From positions 18,486 through 82,485 of the forward strand of contig JAIOQW010000347.1 of the NCBI GenBank assembly GCA_021108405.1: a stretch of 64,000 nucleotides of DNA, written 5' to 3'. The notes below the pieces were generated by a model. That model saw nothing but the letters and a program-made list of their open reading frames with translations, was not told the DNA's origin and did not search any database. The position numbers and the translations under genes are program-made. Source of the DNA: Methanosarcinales archaeon. Its GTDB lineage: Archaea > Halobacteriota > Methanosarcinia > Methanosarcinales > Methanocomedenaceae. This document shows positions 1 through 8,634 of the stretch, one piece after another; position 1 is the stretch's first letter; each line of letters opens with the position of its first letter.

Positions 1-696
1 ACGGGCAGGTTCAGGTAGTGTGTCAATGGCTCTATTAAATATAATGGTATTACCGTCCGGTTCAACCAGGGTGAACCTTGCATGGGGGTTAACAATGGCT
101 GTGTTTTTTAGATATTCCAGTACGCTTTGCCGCCTACCCTTGACATAGGAGGCTTTCATTTCCATCTCCACACGAGTACCTCTGGGCCGATCCCAGTCCA
201 CATTTTTATCTTCGATTATTTCAGGTTCATTGGTACTGGTATTAATTATCAGTTCATAATAATGAGCAGGTTTACCCCTATCGATCTTTGATATGATCCT
301 GGTTGGTCTGCCTGTGGTTAACTGGCTGTATAGTACAGCGGCAGAAATACCAATCCCCTGTTGTCCACGACTTTGCTTTATTGCATGGAACCTGGAGCCA
401 TACAGGAGTTTGGCAAAGGTCTTTGGGATCTGTTCCTTTATTATACCAGGTCCGTTATCCTCAATTACCGTTGCTATATTATCCCCGCCTGCATCTTCAA
501 TACTGATCATAATATCAGGTAAGATATCTGCATCTTCACATGCATCAAGTGCATTATCAACTGCTTCCTTTACTGCAGTTAGCAGACTACGTGGAGCCGA
601 ATCAAAACCAAGTATCTGTCTATTTTTCTCAAAAAATTCTGCTATACTGATAGCACGCTGCTTTTTTGCAAGCTCTTGCGCTATGATTTGTACCAC
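1..696 (-). CDS. top6B: DNA topoisomerase VI subunit B, N-terminal ~232 codons (gene runs off the left edge)
   Basis: Own minus-strand translation: (V)[32 protein letters not shown]...[13 protein letters not shown]...VIEDNGPGI...[17 protein letters not shown], which are GHKL/Bergerat ATP-binding motifs typical of Top6B. GTG start at 694-696 with AAGGTGA 7 nt upstream. Absent from the ORF track because no stop lies in the window; + strand ORFs 293-715 are antisense shadows. Confidence 0.85.
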   Translation of the reverse strand, partial: MVQIIAQELAKKQRAISIAEFFEKNRQILGFDSAPRSLLTAVKEAVDNALDACEDADILPDIMISIEDAGGDNIATVIEDNGPGIIKEQIPKTFAKLLYGSRFHAIKQSRGQQGIGISAAVLYSQLTTGRPTRIISKIDRGKPAHYYELIINTSTNEPEIIEDKNVDWDRPRGTRVEMEMKASYVKGRRQSVLEYLKNTAIVNPHARFTLVEPDGNTIIFNRAIDTLPEPAR

Positions 697-738
697 TAAT
701 GTATCACCTTATTAACAATAAAGCAAAATGATATCCAA

Positions 739-969
739 TCAGAGTTCCGCACCAACAACTGTCTGTGTAGAAGTGACACTCTCGCTCTCACGTATTGTGT
801 CCACAAGATTATTCAGGGTACTTAAGCCTTCTACTTCGCTAATAACCACAAAATCATACTCTCCGAAGATATGATAGATATCCTTGGTACCTTTGATGCT
901 CTTCAATTCATTAAAAGCTGATTTCTCTTGACCTGGTACTACTTTGACCATAGTCACACCGATTACCAT
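739..969 (-). CDS. Stand-alone Lrp/AsnC-type ligand-binding (RAM) domain protein, 76 aa
   Basis: Size and pattern (VKVVPGQEKSAFNELKSIKG..IYHIFGEYDFVVISEVEGLSTLNNLV..I) match the effector domain of Lrp/AsnC regulators without the HTH part. Confidence 0.6.
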   Translation of the reverse strand: MVIGVTMVKVVPGQEKSAFNELKSIKGTKDIYHIFGEYDFVVISEVEGLSTLNNLVDTIRESESVTSTQTVVGAEL

Positions 970-1010
970 ATATTGTCACCGTCCATTTACTATATCCAAT
1001 TAAAATTTTT

Positions 1011-1180
1011 ATAGTATATCAAGTATAACTTGATATATCGAAAATGTTCACTTCGTTCACATTTTCTAATTCTCCATTCCTCTGGAATATCGGACGAAGA
1101 TTCTACGAATCTTCTAATCTTCGGCTCTTTTAAGAGTCTCAGTCAAGAAAATCCGACCAAAGGGAGGATTTTGTTCTTGA
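1011..1180 (+). repeat. Mosaic hairpin repeat, locus 1: M1-M2-M3-M4-M5-M6 (full copy)
   Basis: TATATCAAGTATAACTTGATATA / GAAAATGTTCACTTCGTTCACATTTTC / CCATTCCTCTGGAATA / GAAGATTCTACGAATCTTC / CGGCTCTTTTAAGAGTC / TCAAGAAAATCCGACCAAAGGGAGGATTTTGTTCTTGA. Lies between the KaiC-like gene end and the RAM-protein start. Confidence 0.9.
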
Positions 1181-1253
1181 CTCCCATATTGGTTTAATTA
1201 GCTTTAAAGGTTAGGATTTCAAACGATAGATGCAATTCATGTTTCTGAATTTT

Positions 1254-2138
1254 TTACGCAGTACCGTTTTTCGCAGGATCATATGAAGACTTAACTAATC
1301 GTTTTGCCAGATTTGATGCACTTCGAAGCTGCAGACCGGATTTAGTAAAAAAGAATTGATGCGGCATTTCATTGATCTCTGTTAACCGCATTTTTTGGAT
1401 CTCAATAAAATACGTTTTATATTGATCTAATTCCTGTCTAAATTTTTTATCAAAGAAAAAAATACCATCACCCATAAAATCAAAATCATCATATTCATTT
1501 ATTTCAATACCATGTTTTTTTTCTGTAATAGCAAAACAAGTTATTTTTTTTTCTTTAATGATCTTTAAGATATTTCTCCATTCTGACGAATGTCTGAATT
1601 TCTCATGTGAAGAAAAAAGATTAAGTGAATCAAAAACAATACGTTTTGGCTTAAAAACCTCAATAATCTCTATAATCTCCTCTAATGACAGCATAGTAAA
1701 TCCGAATATTTCCAGATACCCTTTATCCAGATAATCTCCGACATCCCATCCATATCGTATAGACTGTTTGATCAACTGTTCTACTTTTTCCTCAAAAGAG
1801 AAAAAAATACATTTTTCATTGTCCTTCATACCCTCCAATAAGAACTGCATGGAGAATGTAGTCTTACCAGTTCCAGGGGGACCTGTTACTACTACAACAA
1901 ACCCTTCGGGAATTCCACCTTCTACTAATTCATCGAAACCCGGGATACCAGTTCTTACTCTTTTAATAACTTTGCTGAGGCTTTGAGGATCTATTTTATC
2001 TTTTAAACGGATTTTATCCATACCTAACAATGCACGCTCTAAAACCACATTCTTAGCACCTAACTCCTGCTCATAACGCTCAAGTACTCTCATAGCCTCT
2101 GTACTAAGAGTAGTATGGATAGGGTGTTTAGCACGCAT
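1254..2138 (-). CDS. KaiC/RecA-superfamily ATPase (single KaiC-like domain) with ~60-aa N-terminal extension
   Basis: RVRTGIPGFDELVEGGIPEGFVVVVTGPPGTGKTTFSMQFL (Walker A) and overall KaiC/RadA-like layout. Confidence 0.7.
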   Translation of the reverse strand: MRAKHPIHTTLSTEAMRVLERYEQELGAKNVVLERALLGMDKIRLKDKIDPQSLSKVIKRVRTGIPGFDELVEGGIPEGFVVVVTGPPGTGKTTFSMQFLLEGMKDNEKCIFFSFEEKVEQLIKQSIRYGWDVGDYLDKGYLEIFGFTMLSLEEIIEIIEVFKPKRIVFDSLNLFSSHEKFRHSSEWRNILKIIKEKKITCFAITEKKHGIEINEYDDFDFMGDGIFFFDKKFRQELDQYKTYFIEIQKMRLTEINEMPHQFFFTKSGLQLRSASNLAKRLVKSSYDPAKNGTA

Positions 2139-2179
2139 ATTATTGTATCCTGTTCATACCTGGTATCAGGTACTAATAA

Positions 2180-2602
2180 TCAGTTGTGTTTTTTACTGGT
2201 AATAAATAAAAAGACCAGTGCTATCATTACAGCTATTGGTAAGGCCATTAGTGGAAATTCCGGTACTAATATCGTATTATTCGGGTTTATAGTAATATTG
2301 AACTCTTCACCAGCTTCATTTCTACTCTTACCAAACTCACCGTCTTTTTCTGCAACTATATAAATGGTTCTATTTTCAGGTAATGACTCCAGAGAAATGG
2401 AAAAATCCCCGTTCATATCTGTCCAACTGCTGTATAAACAGTCAGTATAATCATCATTTTCATATATTGATATTGCAGCAAATCGTACAGGTTCTCCATT
2501 GTTGTTGTTAACTGACCCATGTACTTCTAAAGCCACACAAGGCATACTCATAGCCAGTAATAAGATAAGTGCCAGCATAACTCTTATAATAGTATTATTC
2601 AA
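2180..2602 (-). CDS. Small secreted protein with PEF-CTERM-type tail
   Basis: N-terminal signal peptide (MLALILLLAMSMPCVA). C-terminus is VPEFPLMALPIAVMIALVFLFITSKKHN: PEF motif, TM helix, basic tail. The middle resembles a carboxypeptidase-regulatory-like beta sandwich (weak). Confidence 0.5.
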   Translation of the reverse strand: MNNTIIRVMLALILLLAMSMPCVALEVHGSVNNNNGEPVRFAAISIYENDDYTDCLYSSWTDMNGDFSISLESLPENRTIYIVAEKDGEFGKSRNEAGEEFNITINPNNTILVPEFPLMALPIAVMIALVFLFITSKKHN

Positions 2603-2803
2603 TTAATTTTCCTCCTAACCACCCGGAAAGCATATATGTATTAAATAAATATAATCTTGAATATTGTTTAACTGAATTTATTATTGATTTGGAATATTAA
2701 TGGGAATTATTAATTTATTTTACTATTACTACCATTCTTAACTATTTAAATCTTACGAAAAAAATAGAATGTGATGATCATCATTATTACAATTTATTTT
2801 ATA

Positions 2804-2816
2804 TTTGAAGTGGATA
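2804..2816 (+). repeat. Isolated 13-mer TTTGAAGTGGATA (module M7 core)
   Basis: The same 13-mer forms both arms of the 15141-15195 hairpin and occurs inverted at 29089-29101. Confidence 0.5.
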
Positions 2817-2836
2817 CAAAAATAGCAATAAGTCAA

Positions 2837-3826
2837 TTATGGTACAAATAATCCAATCACGCAAAATACGCTTGTTAAAAGAAACATTGCTTTAGTTGCC
2901 TGTTTTTCATCAACTTTCATATAATATGGCAATATCCACTTGAGAGTCAACGGATTTGGTACTTCAAGGGTTCCATCATTCCTTATCTTTCCAAATTTAG
3001 CAGTTGGAAATTTTCTTATTTTCCAGTATACATATAATAAAAAATTTACTGTATGTGGAATAAGCATAATAAATCCACTTACAATAAATCCCTGGACAAC
3101 AATAAGTGCTCCGATAGTAGATCCTACTGTAAGGGATCCTATATTACCCCAGAAGATTTTTGAAGGATACCGTTCAAATATATAAAAACCAAATGTTGCG
3201 CCAGTAATACTGATAATTGAAAATATATTATCAACATCCATGACTATTATACTTTTAATGATCAAGGACATTAGTATTATCACTGAAAGACCGGAAGACA
3301 ATCCATTATATCCAGAATGCATATTTATTAAATTCGCAGCAACCAGAACGAATGTAGGAACAATGAGCTGGATATATATATCTCCTAAGTCTACATATCC
3401 TATTATCGGGAATACTACTGTTGTGTTGGTTACATATTGAATTAAGGGATATGAGCAATAATACATGATAAGAAGCTTGGATGCTCGACCTATATCCAGC
3501 ATGTCATCAAGTATTCCAAATAATGCAAATGATGTAATGACAACAAGTATCACATAATTCATTGATTCGAATTTGAAAAAAAGTGAATTCAAGGATAATG
3601 CAAGCAAAGAAATAAGAATGATTGCAATCCCACCACCGGTAGGTACTTTTACTCCACCTTTTTTATAGACATCCGGAACCACCAAATTTTTTTCAATAAG
3701 TTTCCTGATAAGATAGGGTATAAATAAAATTGATCCGATAAAAGGAAGAAAGAAAACGCTAACTATTTCAATCATTAATAATGGTTGAGATGATATTAAT
3801 TGAATAAATGGATCAAGAACTGACAA
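2837..3826 (-). CDS. MraY/WecA-family (GT4) polyprenyl-phosphate HexNAc-1-phosphate transferase, AglH-like
   Basis: Polytopic membrane protein with VPTGGGIAII and FGILDDMLDIG motifs characteristic of the family. Confidence 0.7.
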   Translation of the reverse strand: MSVLDPFIQLISSQPLLMIEIVSVFFLPFIGSILFIPYLIRKLIEKNLVVPDVYKKGGVKVPTGGGIAIILISLLALSLNSLFFKFESMNYVILVVITSFALFGILDDMLDIGRASKLLIMYYCSYPLIQYVTNTTVVFPIIGYVDLGDIYIQLIVPTFVLVAANLINMHSGYNGLSSGLSVIILMSLIIKSIIVMDVDNIFSIISITGATFGFYIFERYPSKIFWGNIGSLTVGSTIGALIVVQGFIVSGFIMLIPHTVNFLLYVYWKIRKFPTAKFGKIRNDGTLEVPNPLTLKWILPYYMKVDEKQATKAMFLLTSVFCVIGLFVP

Positions 3827-4455
3827 TATTTCACATTTCTCCTTGTGTATATCTTTTTTTTAATTTTTTCTGCAATACAATATTATATTTTATGTTTTTT
3901 AATTATTGCGGTATAGGTAGATTCTATTACATGAAATGCAGCATATTTAAATTTTATCTAATCAGGACAAAGTTGTGATTATAAATATTTACACTCTGTA
4001 GATTATAGATAGATTTAAATATTTTATAGTCAGTTATTAAAGTATATAATCGGTCTTGAGAAAAATTGTCAGATTTGCATTTGGTCTGAATAACTTGATT
4101 ATTTATTCCAGGTATATAAGGTAAAATTTGTAGATTTATCATTTGATAACTGCAAATCAGTTCGTAGTTAAAGCAAAAGTTAATAGACTTGTCATCACAT
4201 GTTGAATCGAAACTGTATAAATTTGCAGTTCAACAAATAATAAAAGAAGTGTGAAAAATGAATAGCCAAACAAGATGGATAAGCATATGATGAAGGATTG
4301 ATGATGGAGATGCAAGCCGACAGCCACTGGTGCAGGTCCGCAAATCCATCCTGGAGATGTGACTGTCTCAAAAGAGGTGATCGTGGTTTGCGAGTTCAAG
4401 TGAATTTTGTCCCAAGTATTATATATCCGTCTTATATGACCCATAGTATTATATA

Positions 4456-4526
4456 CTCAAGAAAATCCGAGCGTTAACGAGTATTTTGTTCTACATCAAG
4501 TTATACATGATATACTATTAAAAAAT
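4456..4526 (+). repeat. Mosaic hairpin repeat, locus 2: M6 followed by M1 with AT-rich flank
   Basis: CTCAAGAAAATCCGAGCGTTAACGAGTATTTTGTTCTA then CATCAAGTTATACATGATATACTATTAAAAAA. Confidence 0.8.
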
Positions 4527-4635
4527 ATATGACAATGAGTATAAGGATAACCACAAGCTTTATCGACATATTTATATAGTTTTAATTTATATTAAAAACA
4601 ATTAATTTAATTAGCATTTCCAGGAGGAAAGCAGG

Positions 4636-4896
4636 ATCATTCGAAAAATATTTGGAGCTGTAAGTATATTTATAATAATTTTTTGTTTAGCAGGGATTGT
4701 AGATGCAATTGTATCCGGGTATGATAATATCGACTCTGAAGAACTAGAAAAAAAAAATACTTCGTTGGAAGAAAAGATAATTAATAGTCCCAAAGTTGAT
4801 GATTCAAAACATATCCCTGAATTCTCATCTATTGCACTTCCTATCGCAATAATAATCGGGATCTTGTTTATATATACATCTCACAAAGAAACATGA
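4636..4896 (+). CDS. Candidate small secreted PEF-CTERM protein (~86 aa) with non-canonical start (ATC/ATT)
   Basis: Frame open 4615-4893 with no ATG/GTG/TTG. GGAGG at 4623-4627 lies 8 nt before ATC 4636. Translation (I)IRKIFGAVSIFIIIFCLAGIVDA... ends KHIPEFSSIALPIAIIIGILFIYTSHKET, the same PEF..ALPIA tail as 2180-2602. Not in the ORF track. Confidence 0.35.
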   Translation: MIRKIFGAVSIFIIIFCLAGIVDAIVSGYDNIDSEELEKKNTSLEEKIINSPKVDDSKHIPEFSSIALPIAIIIGILFIYTSHKET

Positions 4897-4923
4897 AAAA
4901 AAAATTAAATACCGGAACCAGGA

Positions 4924-6747
4924 CTACAACAGTCCAAGTTCCTTGAGTTTACTATTAGTAGGTTTGCCGTTCTCCCAGCCACGTAGAGTATAATATTCAG
5001 GAAGCATTTCAGATAGATGTGATACTTTTCCTTTTGATGCTCCACTTGAAATCGGCTCTTTAAGTAACCTTTTCGGTAGTGTATCATCTTTTTCATCAAC
5101 TCCATACCTATTGTTTATAAGCCTCTCTAAATTAGTCACCCTTTCACCTATTGTTAACACATCACTTTCATCTTTATCCCAGCCGGTGATACTGGATAAC
5201 ATGCTCGTATAGTCTGGTAACCCAAGTGCAAATGTATTGAACAGACATACCACTGATGAATTTACCACTGAAGTAAAATCCTGGAAAGTTATGGTCCACT
5301 GTGCTTTATTACTGGTAGTATACGGATCAAGTTTTTCAGGCAGTCCGGTTATCTCAGGAGCTATCATATAACCGCTGACATGACACCCACCTCTATTAGC
5401 TGTTGCAAAGTTTAGTCCGATCCCCTGTATGGCGCGCGGGTCATAAGCCGGAAGTTCTAGTCCCTTGACACTCATAGATAGATCAGGTTGTTGGAATTTT
5501 ATTGCCATTTTTCTTGAGCCGTGTGCAAGCTCTGCACCGAAACCTGCACGGTATGCAGTCCTCCATACAGCTTCTACCATTGCCTCCGCATTTCCAAATG
5601 CAAGATCAAGGCCAGATAGGACAGAGGACGGAATGTTACCTTTTTCTACAAGTTCCATAGCACATGCAATAGTTGTACCCATACTAATAGTATCAAGCCC
5701 TAGTTCATTGCACAAATAGTTGGCTTTTATAATTGGTTCAAGATCAGCAATACCACAATCAGACCCAAATGCAAAGATGGTTTCATACTCAGGTCCCTCA
5801 CTTTTACTTACACTAAAGGCTCCGTCTGATACTTTACTGACTCTTCCACATCCGATCGGACATCCCCAACATGCCTTTTTTCCAATAAGATAGGTATCTG
5901 ATAGAGTCGGACCATTTTGCCTGTCAGCCTCAGGAAAATATCCATCCTGGAAATTCCGTGTAGGATATCCGCCATGATCGTTGATGGTATTAACAAGTAC
6001 GGCAGTGCCGTAAATAGGAAGTCCCTCACTGGTGACCCCATTCTCTTTAATTTTGCCAAGGGCTGTTCTAACATCCTGTTTAAGTGCATCCGGTCTGGCA
6101 ATAGGTACTTTTCCCGTACCATAGACTGCTATAGCTTTGAGATTCTTACTGCCCATGACAGCTCCGGCACCACACCGTCCTGCAGCACGGAAATTATCAT
6201 TAATGATACAGGCCATCGGGACCTTATTCTCTCCTGCCGGGCCTATACATGCTACTGAAGCCTTTGGCTGGTCGAGCATTTTAAGTATAGTATCTGTGGT
6301 GGAAAAGGTATTCATACCCCAAATACCGGATGCATCCATAAGCTCTGCTTTACCGTCAATTATACCTAGATATACCGGAGTGTCAGAAGCACCGCTGATA
6401 ATTACTGCATCATATCCTGCAAATTTAAGATAAGGACCCCATTTTCCACCTGAATTGGCACTTCCAAGCAGACTGGTAAGCGGGGAGCGCATAGTAATAA
6501 CATGATACCTGCCACTTGTAGGATAAGTTGTACCTGTAGCAGGACCGGTAGCAAAGACAATAGTATTATCCGGCCCAAGCGGGTCAATATCAGGTTTAAA
6601 CCTGTCATATATCATCTTCAGGGCAAGACCCTTTCCGCCTATGAACATCTCTGCTATATTTTCATCTAACTGAATATCTGTTAGTCTACCTCTGGTAAGA
6701 TCTACTTCTAATATTGTTCCGATATATCCACCCAACATATGTATCAT
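4924..6747 (-). CDS. aor: Tungsten-type aldehyde:ferredoxin oxidoreductase
   Basis: 607 aa, N-terminus GYIGTILEVDLTRGRL, full-length AOR-family pattern including CWGCPIGCGR (4Fe-4S ligands). Confidence 0.9.
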   Translation of the reverse strand: MIHMLGGYIGTILEVDLTRGRLTDIQLDENIAEMFIGGKGLALKMIYDRFKPDIDPLGPDNTIVFATGPATGTTYPTSGRYHVITMRSPLTSLLGSANSGGKWGPYLKFAGYDAVIISGASDTPVYLGIIDGKAELMDASGIWGMNTFSTTDTILKMLDQPKASVACIGPAGENKVPMACIINDNFRAAGRCGAGAVMGSKNLKAIAVYGTGKVPIARPDALKQDVRTALGKIKENGVTSEGLPIYGTAVLVNTINDHGGYPTRNFQDGYFPEADRQNGPTLSDTYLIGKKACWGCPIGCGRVSKVSDGAFSVSKSEGPEYETIFAFGSDCGIADLEPIIKANYLCNELGLDTISMGTTIACAMELVEKGNIPSSVLSGLDLAFGNAEAMVEAVWRTAYRAGFGAELAHGSRKMAIKFQQPDLSMSVKGLELPAYDPRAIQGIGLNFATANRGGCHVSGYMIAPEITGLPEKLDPYTTSNKAQWTITFQDFTSVVNSSVVCLFNTFALGLPDYTSMLSSITGWDKDESDVLTIGERVTNLERLINNRYGVDEKDDTLPKRLLKEPISSGASKGKVSHLSEMLPEYYTLRGWENGKPTNSKLKELGLL

Positions 6748-6886
6748 TCCTGTCTTTTATAGTAACTGTTCGCTGTTTCTTGCAGTTATTGCAATATATA
6801 ACCGGGTCCGTTGTAATTCATGTTGAATTAGCATTAATTAGTGAAAATCCGTTTTTTTTCAGTAATGCGACGATCTCGTATTATAT

Positions 6887-7060
6887 AAGAACAAAATCCT
6901 CACTTCATTCGGATTTTCTTGACTGAGGCTCGTAAAAGAGCCGAAGATTAGAAGATTCGCAGAATCTTCGTCTGACATTCCAGAGGAATGGAGGATTAGA
7001 AAATGTGAACGAAGTGAACATTTTCGATATATCAAGTTATACTTGATATACTATAAAAAA
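6887..7060 (-). repeat. Mosaic hairpin repeat, locus 3: full M1-M6 copy, inverted
   Basis: Reverse complement of locus 1, module for module. Ends with ACTTGATATACTATAAAAAA. Confidence 0.9.
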
Positions 7061-7160
7061 TAATAAACATAGGTCACTATAAACCTATGCTTTTAAGAAA
7101 ATACTTATATCGTTAGTGTTAACCTGGAAAATAAGTATGTTTATACTTTCATATACATTT

Positions 7161-7191
7161 AAAAAATGAGGACATTATATCCTCATTTTTT
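7161..7191 (-). terminator. 12-bp perfect hairpin plus T-tract overlapping the stop codon of 7183-8634
   Basis: AAAAAATGAGGA-cattata-TCCTCATTTTTT. A T run follows the hairpin on either strand. Confidence 0.4.
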
Positions 7192-8634
7192 TCTTTTATC
7201 TATTTGTCGGACTGCTATTATCAAGCCGAAGATTGCTGCAATTATGCTAAAACCAGGTAATCCGCCTTCATCGGATGTCTTGTCAGGTATCGCATCAGTT
7301 GCTTCACCTGATATCGTGGATTCCGCACCCAGACCTGTTCCGTATTCGTCATCTGATGTTGATGATATTTTCTCGGCTGTAATAGAAAATGGAGAGAAAC
7401 CTGGTGTTTCGCCCTCGAATTTTAAAAAGTCTGCATCATGACCGATCTTTGTTGTCTTTAATGAATCCCAGTTTCCATCACTGTATCTATTTAATGCGAT
7501 CGTAGCTATATTGATATTGTTGGTATCGATCCATGATCTCTCTATTGTAAAGAAAACTTTTGCACCGGCAATATTTTCAGATGATGCCCAGTTGCTGTTT
7601 CCAACATTAATATTAATATTTTTATATATCACACCTGCCGGAGGTTTGTCAACTATTGTGGAGATATCTTTAAGCACTTCCACTTCTGCAGCGATCGATC
7701 CGGCATTTGTTAGACCTGTAAATGTGATGGATTGGACACTATTACCCTCGGATTCGAAATTATAAGTTATTTTGGAATCTTTGGATATATACTGTCTTTT
7801 GGTCTCTGATATGTGGATATTATTATTATTTTCACCGGAAGAAGTGGTACCAACACCACGGTTACTGCTGCTGCTACTACTACTGCTACTACTGCTTACA
7901 CTTGATTCTGATCTGGTGACTGACACATCTTCAGTTACAGTTCCTCCAGGGATAGATGATGTAATTTCTACTGTAAATGTATTAGACTCAACCGGAGAAT
8001 CAGCTTTTACTACCCAATAACCGGAACTACTTGCTCCTCCACTTGCTATGGTACCCAATGAATATGATAAGCTGCCTGTGGAAAGACTCCAACCGGTAGG
8101 AAGGGTTATTGCTGCAGTCACATCAGTGGCATCAGCAGCAGTTATTTCTCCGAGGTTTGTAACAGTATAGTCTAATCTGACAGTACCTCCGGCACTGACC
8201 GAGCTCTTGTCTTTAATCACAGCCACATCAATAACCGGTCTATCTTTAATTGTGAGAGGATTTGATGTTGTCTTAGGTGTTGCCGGATTATCTGTTCCGG
8301 TAGCGGTGATTGTAAAGGGATTGCTGTAGGTACCAGGTGTATTTGCAGTCAATGACCATTCGACCTTCTCAGTTGTATTTGAACTAAAAGTGATTTGTTG
8401 AGCGCTATTTTCGATACTGACACCTACACCGTCACCTGGTATCAATGTGACGGTTACTGTTTTAGATGTGGTTATCCCTTCAGCAGTGATAGATGTCGAA
8501 ACTGAAAATGATTCATCCTTTACTACTGTATTGACATCACCAATAGTATTGATTTGTAAAGATGAAACTGCACTTACTGTTTGGATATTCAATGCTAATA
8601 CTAGAATAATCAATATTAATGATATTAGTCTCAT
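7183..8634 (-). CDS. Cell-surface protein with PGF-pre-PGF domain and PGF-CTERM anchor signal
   Basis: Signal peptide, poly-Ser linker (SSSSSSSSSS). The segment YKNININVGNSNWASS...ERSWIDTNNINIATIALNRYSDGNWDSL...PGFSPFSITA is paralogous to the tail of 33124-36387. C-terminus is LPGFSIIAAIFGLIIAVRQIDKRKK. Confidence 0.75.
   Translation of the reverse strand: MRLISLILIILVLALNIQTVSAVSSLQINTIGDVNTVVKDESFSVSTSITAEGITTSKTVTVTLIPGDGVGVSIENSAQQITFSSNTTEKVEWSLTANTPGTYSNPFTITATGTDNPATPKTTSNPLTIKDRPVIDVAVIKDKSSVSAGGTVRLDYTVTNLGEITAADATDVTAAITLPTGWSLSTGSLSYSLGTIASGGASSSGYWVVKADSPVESNTFTVEITSSIPGGTVTEDVSVTRSESSVSSSSSSSSSSSNRGVGTTSSGENNNNIHISETKRQYISKDSKITYNFESEGNSVQSITFTGLTNAGSIAAEVEVLKDISTIVDKPPAGVIYKNININVGNSNWASSENIAGAKVFFTIERSWIDTNNINIATIALNRYSDGNWDSLKTTKIGHDADFLKFEGETPGFSPFSITAEKISSTSDDEYGTGLGAESTISGEATDAIPDKTSDEGGLPGFSIIAAIFGLIIAVRQIDKRKK

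Noticed and set aside
293-715. Two + strand ORFs (140 aa and 67 aa) at the left edge
   Set aside because: They lie antisense to a clear Top6B coding frame on the minus strand. Their translations are low-complexity with no recognisable motifs.
4286-4345. Possible box C/D sRNA (ATGATGA at 4286 and TGATGA at 4298)
   Set aside because: No CTGA D box lies within the following ~70 nt on that strand, and there is no terminal stem. The motif is probably coincidental.
4157-4444. 95-aa minus-strand ORF from the track
   Set aside because: There is no RBS. The start codon lies only 4 nt from the TATA-like tail of repeat locus 2, and the composition is atypical. It is kept only as an ambiguity in the low-interest finding on 3827-4455.
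7861-7900. Poly-Ser (7861-7900) and Ser/Gly (33790-33850) coding tracts as separate repeat features
   Set aside because: They are low-complexity interdomain linkers of surface proteins and are already covered by the CDS descriptions.
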